From Octopus bimaculoides (lineage: Eukaryota): 63,778 nucleotides of DNA. The first letter of the stretch is position 1; every line of letters begins with the position of its first letter. A program made the translations under genes and the position numbers. Positions 26,209 through 40,299 of this stretch are shown piece after piece. The DNA lies in assembly GCF_001194135.2 (NCBI RefSeq), contig NC_068999.1, positions 15,572,288-15,636,065 on the forward strand. The letters are read 5' to 3'. Under the pieces are notes generated by a model that worked only from the letters and a program-made list of their open reading frames with translations, searched no databases and was not told the DNA's origin.

Positions 26209-29047
26209 TGTATGTATGCATATGCGTGTGTGTGTAATTATTTGGACAAATGTGTATAAGTATATTAGCGTGCAGAGTAAAGAGCGTTCACAGTTTGGGC
26301 TACCTAGTGTCTGCCATGGTTGCGGTATATATCCGCTGGACCTACCTTAGGAATTCCACATTGCTAATGGAGATAATAATAATTGATGAAGGAAACGGAA
26401 GATAAAACTAGCACAGATTCTTTATTCAGTACAACGATCGTCTCGAGACATCCTGCAGGTGTCCTTGATGAGTAGGATTTTCTGCATCTATTTCCATTGC
26501 AGCAATCTGTGCAGTTTGTCACATCAGGTACATGCATAAAGAAGTGAGTGCCCCGCTAGATATATTGAGATTTCCTAAACATGTTGTTCGTGCATGCTGT
26601 ATTTTGGCGATGACCGAAGAACACCTCAATACAACAAAGAATGAATAAAGAAGCAACTTTCATCAATAAATATCTTCCACAACTAAATACGAACACATAA
26701 CATCATATAGAACACGACTAACCATCCATTTAATAACAATAACCACCATACATCCCATACACTATTCACATTACAGATCTATATCTACCGTAATTGCACC
26801 AAATTCAGAACTACTTACCTTCCTTACACATAATCTTTTTACTCAGGGACTAGTAGATCTGATACCGTTCAGTATTCGGTGTGCATTCAAAGTAATGATT
26901 AGTAATATTACGAAACCGGTATGTTTTTGAATCTCTTTAACAGCTCACAATAATGACTTTTATTACTTTTATTCCTACCTCAGTTCATCTAATTGTATAT
27001 ATCTATCGTTACTTTTCATAAAAAGCCCTTACTTTTTTTGATTTCCAATATGCATTTTCGCTTATTTTTCTTCTAACTTTCCCCTTACATTTCCACGTGT
27101 AGTTTCTATTTTGTTTTTGTAACAAATTTTTATTATATATATATATATNNNNNNNNNNNNNNNNNNNNNNNNNNNNNNNNNNNNNNNNNNNNNNNNNNNN
27201 NNNNNNNNNNNNNNNNNNNNNNNNNNNNNNNNNNNNNNNNNNNNNNNNNNNNNNNNNNNNNNNNNNNNNNNNNNNNNNNNNNNNNNNNNNNNNNNNNNNN
27301 NNNNNNNNNNNNNNNNNNNNATATATATAGGTATGTATGTATGTATGTATGCATGTATGTATGTATGTATGTATGTATGTATGTGTGTATGTATGTATGT
27401 ATGTGTGTCTTAGCACAGAATCTCACAAACTTAGATGTATACACATGTAAGGAATTCAGCAATAAATGTCTATGAAATCGCACAACGTTTGACAAGATCG
27501 TTTTACTTAGATTTTGTTTGTATATAGTGTATATTCCCTTTAGTTTAATTAATTATTCACATTCGGGAGTAATCATTGTTATTTTTTATGTCAATCTTCC
27601 GTATTTTTTTTTCGGTATTGCTTTTTTTATTGTTGCTAATTTTGCATTTATTATTGCAATATTCTAATATTGGATTTATTATTTTACAATTAAAATTCAA
27701 AAAAAAGATACATCTATCGCCCATCTACCGTCTCTTATGCCATCAGGACGTATATAAAAAACTTTTCATTGCAACCCAGGGACTGTAGTACCTACATTTA
27801 AAATCACTAGATTAAATCAAAAGAGAAAGAATCATAGAATAGGCAATAGTATAGACATTCGTGGTATCGGCGTGATAACATGTAAGAGGAAGTGAAAAAA
27901 ATATATAGCTACAGCGATGTAACAAAACAAATGATGAACGAACAACACATGAGTTGTACTCTATATAGGATACATTTGATAAAATTAGATTTTTCGAAAC
28001 AGGTGATATCATTAGAGCAATTCTGGTAGGTTCTTATTCATTATCCTTCAAAAGGACATGTTGCAGGGTGAAGTGGTGTTACGTAATTTCGTTTTAACCT
28101 TATACCTAAGTTTCCTTTCAACGCTTAAACGTTTTACATGATGAATTTTAAATTTTATTTTCTCAGTGTACATAATGCTGATTTTCCCGATATATTTTGT
28201 AACCAAAATTACAGACTGATTGAAGAATGGTGCCTTTAACTGTATCAAAATGCAGTTATGCGAAACATGGAATAGCAATATAGAGTTTATTGCTCTTGTA
28301 ATATCATTTAAGAAACACATTTCCAGCAGTAGAGACTATTTTAACAATAGTTTTTATGAGTATTTAGTGAATAGATAATTCAGTAAGCTTGGTTAACTAT
28401 TTCCCTAAAGCAACACAAGCCATGAAAAACATGTGCTTTTAAAACAATAATCATGTTTATTCTATCAGGTAAGATCGCACACAAACTGAACGCATATATT
28501 ATTCAAGATAATTCCGTTGTGAGGCTAAATCATCGACTGAGGCGGCATGTGGTAATTGTATTTAATTAGAATAGACACCATCTACTAATTGAAAACTTTG
28601 GCACTCACAGAACAATTTTCCGTAAATGTCTTTATATCTAGAATTAGTTATGTTTCTGATTTTAAAACTCACAGAAAGCATAGATGACTCGCACTTTTCC
28701 ATCTGCATACAATTCTATGACGCATAAAACATTTATATTTCTGAACATATATTCACCTGTGTATTGCGAATTGCAATTTATTTTATGTGGCAAGGGTCAT
28801 TAATAATAAATGGAATACGCAGCGCATGTGTGTGTATGTATGTGTATGTGTGTGTATGTGTGTATATATATATTCACACATACATGTTTCTATTAGAGCT
28901 CTCACACAAATAATTAAATATTTGTTGATTAGTGATTACAAATTTTCTTCCTCTTCTACATTTAAACAAAGTTCGAATACAAAACATGTTTATAGTTTAC
29001 AACATATTTTAAAAATAAAATATCTATTAGTTAAATAGTCCACTTAC

Positions 29048-29834
29048 CCAGATTTTGCAAAATTCGTCCAGTAACGCATCACTGCTTCACTTAGCATTCG
29101 TTCTGACTTCGAATACGATGACGTGCTAAAAGGTTGTATGCCGTCAACTAAGGGAGCCCCGAAAATATACGGAAGCTCATCTCCCCCAGACAATTTGCCT
29201 TTTTCTTCAGACTGTGACGTATATGTGAAATAATAAAAGTATGTATTGCCAGTTTTAGCATGCAGCTGTCCCACTTTTAGTAACGGTGCAATATATTGAC
29301 CATCACTGAGTAGTTCTAAAAGACTATCCCGGCGGTTTTTCGGAGTCGTCTTCTTACTCCACTCGGCATAGTGATGGTCAAGTATTTCATAAACTTTTTG
29401 TCTGTGAAACTGGAACCTGTTGTGTACATAAGTACGTAGCATTTTCTCCTTTTTTTCTTCGGAGATTCCATTTTCCACGTCCTCCTGATCGAAGTAAGAA
29501 TATGCTTCATTTTTTGTGATCCCGAACATTAGATCTGCGTTGGAAAACATTGAGACTGGTTTTTTAATTAACTCTTCCACGGACTTTGGTATGATGTTTT
29601 TACCATCGATGACGGGTGCGAAACAGGAAAAATATTTTGGTGGTTTCGGCGCGTTTTTTACTAAGTCTGAGAAAGTTTTATTTCGTAGACATTTAATGAG
29701 GTCTTGTGAATCGTCGATGGAACAGTTGACGCTCAAGGCAAGCTGGTGCGTGCAGCCAATTGGATCGTTGGCAACAGACCAAGAGCTTAACGCTGATCCA
29801 CTTTGGAGTATTGCACGTTGAAATAATGTCCCAT
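29048..29834 (-). CDS. NLGN: Neuroligin, large internal exon (787 nt), C-terminal half of cholinesterase-like domain
   Basis: Acceptor ttttttcAG|AT GGG ACA (phase 1) and donor TCT GG|GTAAGT (phase 2). Translates GTLFQRAILQSGSALSSWSV...NC...KCLR...FAPVIDG...DLMFGITKNE...GDELPYIFGAP...LSEAVMRYWTNFAKSG. Confidence 0.97.
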
Positions 29835-30823
29835 CTGAAAAAAGAAAAAAATATAATAATTTATTCTAGGAACTCTGGTGTTTCGGATAATGTGACAGGG
29901 TGTAAGGAAATAATATAATTTTGATGTTTGACATATCTACATTAAGTGACATCTTACATCTAGCTTCTTCGTTATATACTTAAAACATATTACAAGGCGA
30001 GATATCCAACATGTGACTATAATTATGTTTGAGAGTTTAGATTTAAGAGTATAGGTATAAAAAGAAGAGAAGCTCATCCTGTTAATTCTGCCTAGTATAA
30101 TACAAGAAAAGCATTATTGTAGTATCCAAGTTCTGTATGAAGTGATACAAGAATTACATATTTTCCTTTTATTGAAACATTCTGCAAAGTATATGGACAC
30201 AAATAAAGGCCTCACTGAAATTAAGCTATGTATCATGCACAATTTGTATATAGATGTTCAGTCGATGAGAATAATGATATTTTTCTTTAATAAACGTCAA
30301 GTGGGGAAATAAGGAAACGAATATCTTTTAATTCGTGTTGCTACGGTGCTTTATTGTTTAGTCTCACAGCAAACCTGGTTAAACAGTCCTGTAGTAAAAA
30401 ACATTGTACTCAAGAGCATGATAATCTTATCATCTGAAATCATGATCATCGTATCAATAATATAGGAATATATTATTCAATATACACTTCCTCTTTTAAA
30501 GAAGGGTGGGACACGATTTTAAAAATATTCGGTTAATATTTCTAAGTGTATGATAGAATTGTGGTTCCCTGGGGAATCATTCTGCTTTACGTCTCAGAAA
30601 TTGAAACGTGTTGTCTTATGTGACAGAATTGCCGTCTAAACCGAGCAGTATTTCTTCGAACAATAAAATTGATACAGTAACTTAAAATGGGAAATAACAC
30701 CTCTGAATTTCATCACAACACTGTTTCTATATGAAAACATTGAATGAAGATATGTCAGGTAGTCTTGTGAATACTGACTCAATTCTGTCTAGATAGCTTC
30801 CTTGTATACATTACTGTGTCTAC

Positions 30824-30854
<31 letters not shown>

Positions 30855-32325
30855 CATATAAATATAAATATATATATATATATATGTATGTATAGGCGTC
30901 TCACACAATACTCTTGCGTTTAATTGTTTTTGTATGATGCCCAGAAAGATATTGCGATGGTAAAATTAAACATAATTGCAAGGGATATCTTATAAGACAA
31001 GATTCTACTCAGCTAGCTCCGTTATGTTCAACAACGTTACTAGTACACAGAATTCTTTATTATATGAATAAATTCTATTTTAATATGATATTAATGTATG
31101 TTAATTTCTAAACTCATATTGTTCATTTATACTCAATATGAAAAATTAGTTTAAATAAGCAAGGTAACATATACAACACATTAATAAATTCCATAATGAT
31201 ATACATCAACGCTCTACTTAAATGAAAAAGTAAGGTTCTCGTTGTTCTAAAACCAAGTTATAAAATTACTCCATATATATTCAGGTATGAAACTTCTTTA
31301 TAAAAAATGCAAAACATATAGACAATAGAGCAAAATATGCAAGAAGAAATGGTATAACATCAGGAATTTAATCTAACAAGGTGTTTCATTTATCTTACTA
31401 AAATATCTGAAACAAAACAGAAATGATGTAAAGAGTAAAAATCACATACATTATANNNNNNNNNNNNNNNNNNNNNNNNNNNNNNNNNNNNNNNNNNNNN
31501 NNNNNNNNNNATATATATATTTGTATGTACGTGTATGAGTATGTATATATGTAAATATATATATATGTGTGTGTGAACATATATATTAGTATACATATTT
31601 GTATATACACATATATATATATATGTACGCACACAAACACACACACAAGAACGCACGCACACGTGCACTCACTCACACTCACACACATATATATATACAT
31701 ATATATATATACACATATATCACCTATTATTGAGAATAAAAGCTGTATTCCATTTACCTCTCCGTTGCAATCATGAAATTGTTTAATAGAATACATAAAT
31801 GAAATTTAAACATGAAATACAAAAATATAAAAAAAAACATGAAATTAGCATATGATTTTTGAGAGTATTCATTTCGTGTGGAGTATATATATGTATGTAT
31901 ACATAAGAAGCAAAAGACTCCTAAAATGTAAACAATTATTAATCCAATATGAAATAAGTAGAAGCAAAACTTAATGTAAATTTTCAATTGAAATATTAAT
32001 ATTTATATTCATCTTTAATATAAAATTATCACATTTTCAGAAATTTTTAGAATAATATATATTTGCAGACTACAAGGAAAAAATTCTACCACATACATAT
32101 ATAATTTTCCGAAATATTGTTCATATTTCCAAAGAAATTTAAACGTATTTTCAGTTTTCCTTCGTAGTTTGTTACGTTTTTTGTCGTTGCTTTTTTGTTT
32201 CTAAATCCCTGTAATACTCTCAAATGTTGGATATTATTTCTCATGTTTGTTAAAAATATTCTTAATAAATATTAAAAAAGATTACATGGTTATGGAAATA
32301 ACAATAAAGCAAATAATTTTAGCCA

Positions 32326-32383
<58 letters not shown>

Positions 32384-33360
32384 AGATTTTTTCATGGATA
32401 CATTAGTCTCACAAATTAGGTTATATAATATAGGGAATTTTAAATGTTCAATGTAGGGAAAACTTCTCATATTTAAAATCTAACAATGGATGACGTGGAA
32501 ACTTCCTTTGGATTAGATGATTAAAATGTTTGATCTATAGAGAGTATCATCTCTTAGTCTTTTTTATTTTCACAATCTTGCTTCCTAGTGAGCTCACTTT
32601 GCAAGCGGGTGGTTTTGGTTTCCGTAAAAATATGGGCCACCTTAGATAAGTATCGCCTAATATAGCTTCAGGCCTACCATTTAAGGATATTTACTAGACG
32701 GATAATTGTATGGATCCGTTCGAAGATATATACATTTATGTATGTATGTGTGTTTGTGTTTATGCTTTTCCCAGAACATTATTTACAAACGGCTGTGGCT
32801 TGTTTACATCCCGCGAGGAAGCGGTTTTGAAAGCGGCTTGATAAAGTAATTACCAGATTTAAGATAAGTACTGAGGAGGATTTGTTTGACTACAGCCTTC
32901 AAGGTAGCGTCCCAGCAATACTGAAGTTCAATAAGCAAAGAAAATAATAGGTCGAAGTTAGACGGTATGCTTCAAATCTAAGAATGGATTTTCCGAACAG
33001 TTTAGAGCAGCACATCTCAATCAGTTTTTATATATCCTCTCCTTTCAATTCCTACCCCTATTCTATTTTCCACCCCACTCTTGCCAAAATTAATTGAGCA
33101 ATATTTACGTGTATATANNNNNNNNNNNNNNNNNNNNNNNNNNNNNNNNNNNNNNNNNNNNNNNNNNNNNNNNNNNNNNNNNNNNNNNNNNNNNNNNNNN
33201 NNNNNNNNNNNNNNNNNNNNNNNNNNNNNNNNNNNNNNNNNNNNNNNNNNNNNNNNNNNNNNNNNNNNNNNNNNNNNNNNNNNNNNNNNNNNNNNNNNNN
33301 NNNNNNNNNNNNNNNNNNNNNNNNNNNNNNNNNNNNNNNNNNNNNNNNNNNNNNNNNNNN

Positions 33361-33396
<36 letters not shown>

Positions 33397-36105
33397 GCGC
33401 GCGTGTCTGTGTGTGCTGAAAGTCTTAATTTTTACAACTGAAATAGTATGATTAGCTGAGGGGATTTCATAAAATCGAAGCATGTCTGTTACTTCGAACT
33501 GTTTAAATACCAGATTCACTCTAATCTTGATTATTTGAATTGTTAATAACAATTCGGACATCAAACTCTCTTTTATACTTCGTTAAACTACAATCATCCA
33601 TAGTATGAGATGTTTCGACTTACTGATTGAACAATCGCAATTAATACAAATGTTTCGACTCGCCTGTATTAGATTTCTAGCAATCTATCGTATGTCTATA
33701 TAATATCCATAACTCTCGTTTGTGGCACTTTTTTCAGCTATATAGTTGAGTCCGCAATACCCCTCGTTTCATACCCGCTAATTCTGTATATATTGATCAT
33801 ATTTAGATTAACCAATTCAGCCGACTTCATTGCGGTGATCTTTTACCTGCATTTCAATATTGTTGAAACATTTAATGTCTGCATGTAATTTCTTGTTGTT
33901 TATTTGTATGTATATAATTCTCTTATAATCATTTATGTCTGGATCAGAAAAGTAGTGTTCCTATAGAATTAACGTCACATGCCTTCCGTTATTCATTTTC
34001 TGAATGAAATGATTATAGAGCTGGTATATTCTTCGAGGCCACGATTGATCACAGGGCATTTCAGTCTATTTTATTTTAATCACCAATTCTCTATTTAAGA
34101 ACAGTTAATTGATTAAATCTGTTTACATTTCATGACTTCTTTCACTTGTATTTTATATCCTTTCGTTATTGATTTTGTTTTAATATTTACAAATATTTCA
34201 TAGACTCTTTTTTTTATTGATACGGTTTAATAACGTTGTATTCCTGTCATGTACTGTATTATAATCCTGTATACGACACCTTCTCATTTTATAAGCAACC
34301 GTAAGAATGTCCTATGTTTGTGATCGATATAATACTTCAATTCATGAATTCTACAACATACATGCTTATTGCATACATATTTATACAATATTTATCGAAT
34401 ATATTATTTATAATCCGTTTATTGAATACATACTTTCTATAATAATATACTTGTATATTACCCTTGTTGTCTGATATGCATCCTGTAACTTGCAGATTAG
34501 TGGCTTCCTGTTGATTAAAATGTTATTTATTTTAGAGATTTGTTTTTAATATATTTCATGATTTGTGGTTTGCTGTGATATATATGTTCTATGTCATGTT
34601 TCTTTTAATAACCAATTTATCCATTTGGTAACAAAATACATATGTTCATAATGAAATCCTGCATGTGGTGTTAATATGTTTTATTCTTAGCTCTATCTTT
34701 TATATTAGTGAGGAAGAATTTTTTCATATACTATTGCGTAGATTAATTTATTCGTCTTCCAGTTATTATCTAATATTTGTTGCCTCGTCAGATTTCGTTA
34801 TCTGAACAGCTTTTTTTCAAACAGCTTTGAACCATTTTCTTACAAATGATTTTACTAAAGATATTTTGTTGCCTTTGGAGGCATTCTCTATAGCAATGCA
34901 TGTACAACGTAATGCATGTGGTTTATTTGTGGATACTGAGGTGCTGGATATGTTCTTTCTTATAAGTAAATTGAATCTAAAACTGCTATGGAGTTTTGCT
35001 CTATGCTTTAGACTGCAAATTTAATTATGGATATAAATATTTTCAAAGGTTTTCTTCTAGCCTATCTACCAGTTCTCCGATATCTGCCGCTATGGGTATG
35101 TCATCGAAGCACTCGATATAGATAATTATGTTACGTTTCAGAACAGCTGGGGTTCACAAAAATAATCTAAATATACTGTCAAACTAGGTGCAGAGGTCGC
35201 ATATTGGACAAGGAAGTGGAAACTTGGTTCAAAAGTTGAACAAATAATTTTTATGGATACTTCTTGTTATGATAATTAGTCTTGACATGGAATGTGCATA
35301 CAACTTGTCAAAAATCATAGAGAGTTTCCATTAACAGAAATTTGTAGAACATCATTCTGCACCCGTTGATACCATTCTACGTTTCTTGTAAAATTTCTAG
35401 GAATTTATCTAATGAACGCCGGCGATATCTGCCAGTTCAATAATTATTTATGATATTCTCTTGTCACTTGGCAAGTCTTTGAGTAGGTAATTTCTTTCGA
35501 GCGACAATATTTGGATGGGCTATATATTGCAGGGAATTATGCACTATCATGAACGAAATAACTAGTTTGCATACAATAGAGGAAAGATATCAGATTAAAA
35601 GCTAAAAGAAACATTGGATTCAACTCAGTTGAATATGCATTGACAAAACGAGTCATTTGAATCAATTATTGTACAACGACACTCAGTACGGAGCCAAGCA
35701 GAACCTTTCGAACACCTGATAATATGCTTAGAATCATTTCTCCCGAATTCACGACATTGATTTTGGCTGTCAGCTTTTGGGGTTCGGTAAATTCAATACG
35801 CAGCTCGATGTAAAATCGTTCCCTTCTCATGGCCTTATGTAAAATTTACTCAGTTGATAAATGCTTCAACAATGTAACAATACTAACACTTTATTCAGCT
35901 AATAAGATACATAAAGACAAATAATGGATTATAGTAATTGTAGAGATAAGGTCTAAACGTAGTGTCATGAATTCAATATACATATGTCTATGCGTGTGTG
36001 TGTGTATGTGTGTATGTGCGTGTGTGTGTATCTATCTATCTATCTATCTATAGATGTATCTATCTATACATACATACATACATACACAGATATATATATA
36101 CACAT

Positions 36106-36193
<88 letters not shown>

Positions 36194-37678
36194 ATAGATA
36201 TACAGCTAGATAAATAGATAGATAAACAGACTGACTAACAGATGTATGTGTATATGCATATATGTATGTGCATGCGACAGTAAGTCTTCTAAGTTCAATG
36301 ACAACTGTTAACACGTAGAAACTATAAATCGCTCTAAAATATTTCACTTTCCATTACTTCATTATTCTGCTGCTTAATATTTTCGCAATTTAGAAAATCA
36401 TAATTATGTTCGGTAGAATAACCAGACTATATGGGAAACAAGCCATTTTCAGAAATATAATCCTACGTAGGACATCAAATATAACTGGCCGTAGAAGGAG
36501 CTGATATAAATTATGTATTAATATCAAGCATAAATATTAGAGTTCGAAAAGGCATTTTGAAATGAATTAGGAGAAACTCACTTGGTAAGAAAATGTAAAA
36601 TGTTGAAATACAATTTTAAATTACAAAAATCGTAAAAACTTCTAAATATTCCATAATTTGAATATCCATGATTTCAGCATGCACTACTAACTTAAATCCC
36701 AAAGGAAAGAACAGTTTTAATAACGTTTATGAAAGGACACATATATCTAATGTATACATCTAATATATATATATATATANNNNNNNNNNNNNNNNNNNNN
36801 NNNNNNNNNNNNNNNNNNNNNNNNNNNNNNNNNNNNNNNNNNNNNNNNNNNNNNNNNNNNNNNNNNNNNNNNNNNNNNNNNNNNNNNNNNNNNNNNNNNN
36901 NNNNNNNNNNNNNNNNNNNNNNNNNNNNNNNNNNNNNNNNNNNNNNNNNNNNNNNNNNNNNNNNNNNNNNNNNNNNNNNNNNNNNNNNNNNNNNNNNNNN
37001 NNNNNNNNNNNNNNNNNNNNNNNNNNNNNNNNNNNNNNNNNNNNNNNNNNNNNNNNNNNNNNNNNNNNNNNNNNNNNNNNNNNNNNNNNNNNNNNNNNNN
37101 NNNNNNNNNNNNNNNNNNNNNNNNNNNNNNNNNNNNNNNNNNNNNNNNNNNNNNNNNNNNNNNNNNNNNNNNNNNNNNNNNNNNNNNNNNNNNNNNNNNN
37201 NNNNNNNNNNNNNNNNNNNNNNNNNNNNNNNNNNNNNNNNNNNNNNNNNNNNNNNNNNNNNNNNNNNNNNNNNNNNNNNNNNNNNNNNNNNNNNNNNNNN
37301 NNNNNNNNNNNNNNNNNNNNNNNNNNNNNNNNNNNNNNNNNNNNNNNNNNNNNNNNNNNNNNNNNNNNNNNNNNNNNNNNNNNNNNNNNNNNNNNNNNNN
37401 NNNNNNNNNNNNNNNNNNNNNNNNNNNNNNNNNNNNNNNNNNNNNNNNNNNNNNNNNNNNNNNNNNNNNNNNNNNNNNNNNNNNNNNNNNNNNNNNNNNN
37501 NNNNNNNNNNNNNNNNNNNNNNNNNNNNNNNNNNNNNNNNNNNNNNNNNNNNNNNNNNNNNNNNNNNNNNNNNNNNNNNNNNNNNNNNNNNNNNNNNNNN
37601 NNNNNNNNNNNNNNNNNNNNNNNNNNNNNNNNNNNNNNNNNNNNNNNNNNNNNNNNNNNNNNNNNNNNNNNNNNNNNN

Positions 37679-37714
<36 letters not shown>

Positions 37715-38552
37715 TATGTATATGTATGTGTGCATATATATGTACACACACACATACACACACACGCACATATTAAAGTGTCCATATTACATGCTGATTA
37801 CATTCACGCAGACAATCTAACGTCGGACATAGAACCATGCATATTTTTCCCTGGGACATGGAGCGTATATGGATATCGACAATGATCATATGGAGAAATC
37901 TAAAGTGCGTAGTACCGTGAAACACACAAGGAAAATTTTAAAAGAAGCATGCTTACACGGTAAATCATGGAACTCAAAACAGACATAAAAACATGTTCAT
38001 TTACTATAAATCTTCGCTCATCTATGACCCTTTGCAATTAATTAAAATAAGATGTTTGCCAGAGCCATACATTATTTTCATAACAAACGTCCTTAATACC
38101 AACAAAATAAATACACTTTACTAAATATCAATTTCAACAACGAAATATAAAATATCTTGATATATGTTTCAAAAATCAGATGTTGTATATACGTTTTAGA
38201 AAGATCATTTAAAATCTTATATCTTCATTATTTGTTTCAAATACGAACAAAAAAGAAAACTGCAATGATTAATTAAATATAATGAAATTGAAACCTCAAC
38301 ACCAAAATATAAATTAATTTCCAATTATGTAGAAGGATGATATATGGATAAACCTTAAATAATTATTATATATTCAGTATTTCTAAATATCTCAAAATAT
38401 ACGAGAAAACCATTTGGGGTGATCAAATTTTGATAAATAAACATGCGTTATCGTGGCATATTGATTTGTGTCTACAATCTAAAATCTCTATATGTAAGTG
38501 ATGTGTTCATTATATTTCTCTTATTACTCTTATGAAAATATCATATATACAT

Positions 38553-38629
<77 letters not shown>

Positions 38630-40299
38630 ATATATATGCATATATATATGTATATNNNNNNNNNNNNNNNNNNNNNNNNNNNNNNNNNNNNNNNNNNNNN
38701 NNNNNNNNNNNNNNNNNNNNNNNNNNNNNNNNNNNNNNNNNNNNNNNNNNNNNNNNNNNNNNNNNNNNNNNNNNNNNNNNNNNNNNNNNNNNNNNNNNNN
38801 NNNNNNNNNNNNNNNNNNNNNNNNNNNNNNNNNNNNNNNNNNNNNNNNNNNNNNNNNNNNNNNNNNNNNNNNNNNNNNNNNNNNNNNNNNNNNNNNNNNN
38901 NNNNNNNNNNATATATTTATATACACACGTATATGTGATGTTTTAATAAGTAGCAACTTTTAAAAGTATCTAGCAATCACTGAAACACAAAGACTTCACT
39001 AAAAGGTTATATGCAGACACGTCTTTATAATTTCAGACCCAATGCCGTGCTTTAAAGACAATTAAGTAATATGTGACTGATATTTACTAGAATTCAAGAG
39101 AGACATTGCCTCGAATTATTCCAAAATGTCAAATAATATCAAATCTTTATATTGTGAGCTAATGTCTATACATTAGTGAACCATGAGTGACTTGTGGCTG
39201 ACTCATTCGATTGTATATTAGGATGTTACGTAAAATTGTGATAAAATAAACATACTTAAAAAGAACAAAACAATAAGATTGTATATAATGATGAAAATAA
39301 TGAGAAGAATAATAAGAAAATTACAATAACTACTAGGTATAAGATGAAGAAAACCAGCTAAGTATGACAAGCTAGAAAGTCAATAAAAGACACACACAAC
39401 TACAGAATGTAAAGCTTAAGAACGCGCCTACTAATGCATAAAATAACATACAAGGCAATAAAACCTAATGGTAAAGCTCATTATATATTTGTATATACAT
39501 ACATGTATTTTTCGTGTGTTTGTGAGTGTATCTATGTGTATTTATGTATGTGTAATTATATGTATGCATATATGCATGTATGCATGTATGAACAATATAT
39601 TAACTGATCCTAATATGTAAGAAATAATTTTGTGATGTATATAGATATATATCTCGTATGTGTGCATGCTGTGTGTACTATGTTTTAAAATTGCCAATTG
39701 CTTTCCTAGATATCCACCCCCAACTTTGTATAAACTTTATTATAGATTATATAAGTTATAATTAATGAATAAAATGCCAATTTCATTTACACTAATCATA
39801 ATTTTAATGTTTCATCCATCAAGTCTTAGCAAGCTTAAGCACATTCGCATGCATTCATATATACCAATGCATTGAGACATTCACACACACACAGACACGC
39901 TTACACACACACGCTTACACACACACACACACACATACACATACACACACACACAAACACACACACACCCACACACAATTCTTTAGTTGCTCAGTGTTAC
40001 TGTGTAGAATATTAATGGAGAAGATTACTCATAAGTAAGCAAATCGATCCAAGTGCATGGGAAACCACTCAACTCTCAAATACCAGCACGCTTCTGCATC
40101 TCCTAGCAATTCATAGAACTGTTCCACAAACTTTCTTATAATACCCGGTCATTAACGAACTACGCTCTTAGCTCGGAATTTGATCAAGTTACACACACAC
40201 ACACACCAAAGAAAGTAACCAACCCAAAGTTTCACTAAGACGCAGACAATCGCCACTTTCAAACAATGTTTTCATAAACCTCTTTTCCTTTCTAGAGTT

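Larger units (their letters stand above)
5874..29047 (-). other. NLGN: Neuroligin intron (about 23.2 kb including gaps, phase 2)
   Basis: GTAAGT donor at 29047 and AG acceptor at 5875-5874; joins AKSG|DPN, the conserved junction sequence. Confidence 0.9.

Noticed and set aside
22903-27740. Identical 13-mer CCGTCTCTTATGC at 22903 and 27728
   Set aside because: Several shared 13-mers are expected by chance in a window this size, and the flanks do not extend the match.
28777-29047. In-frame TAA just after the large-exon donor plus a downstream AATAAA, suggesting a secreted neuroligin isoform
   Set aside because: Any phase-2 GTAA donor creates this stop, AATAAA is frequent in AT-rich DNA, and the product would lack the end of the fold. 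There is no specific evidence.
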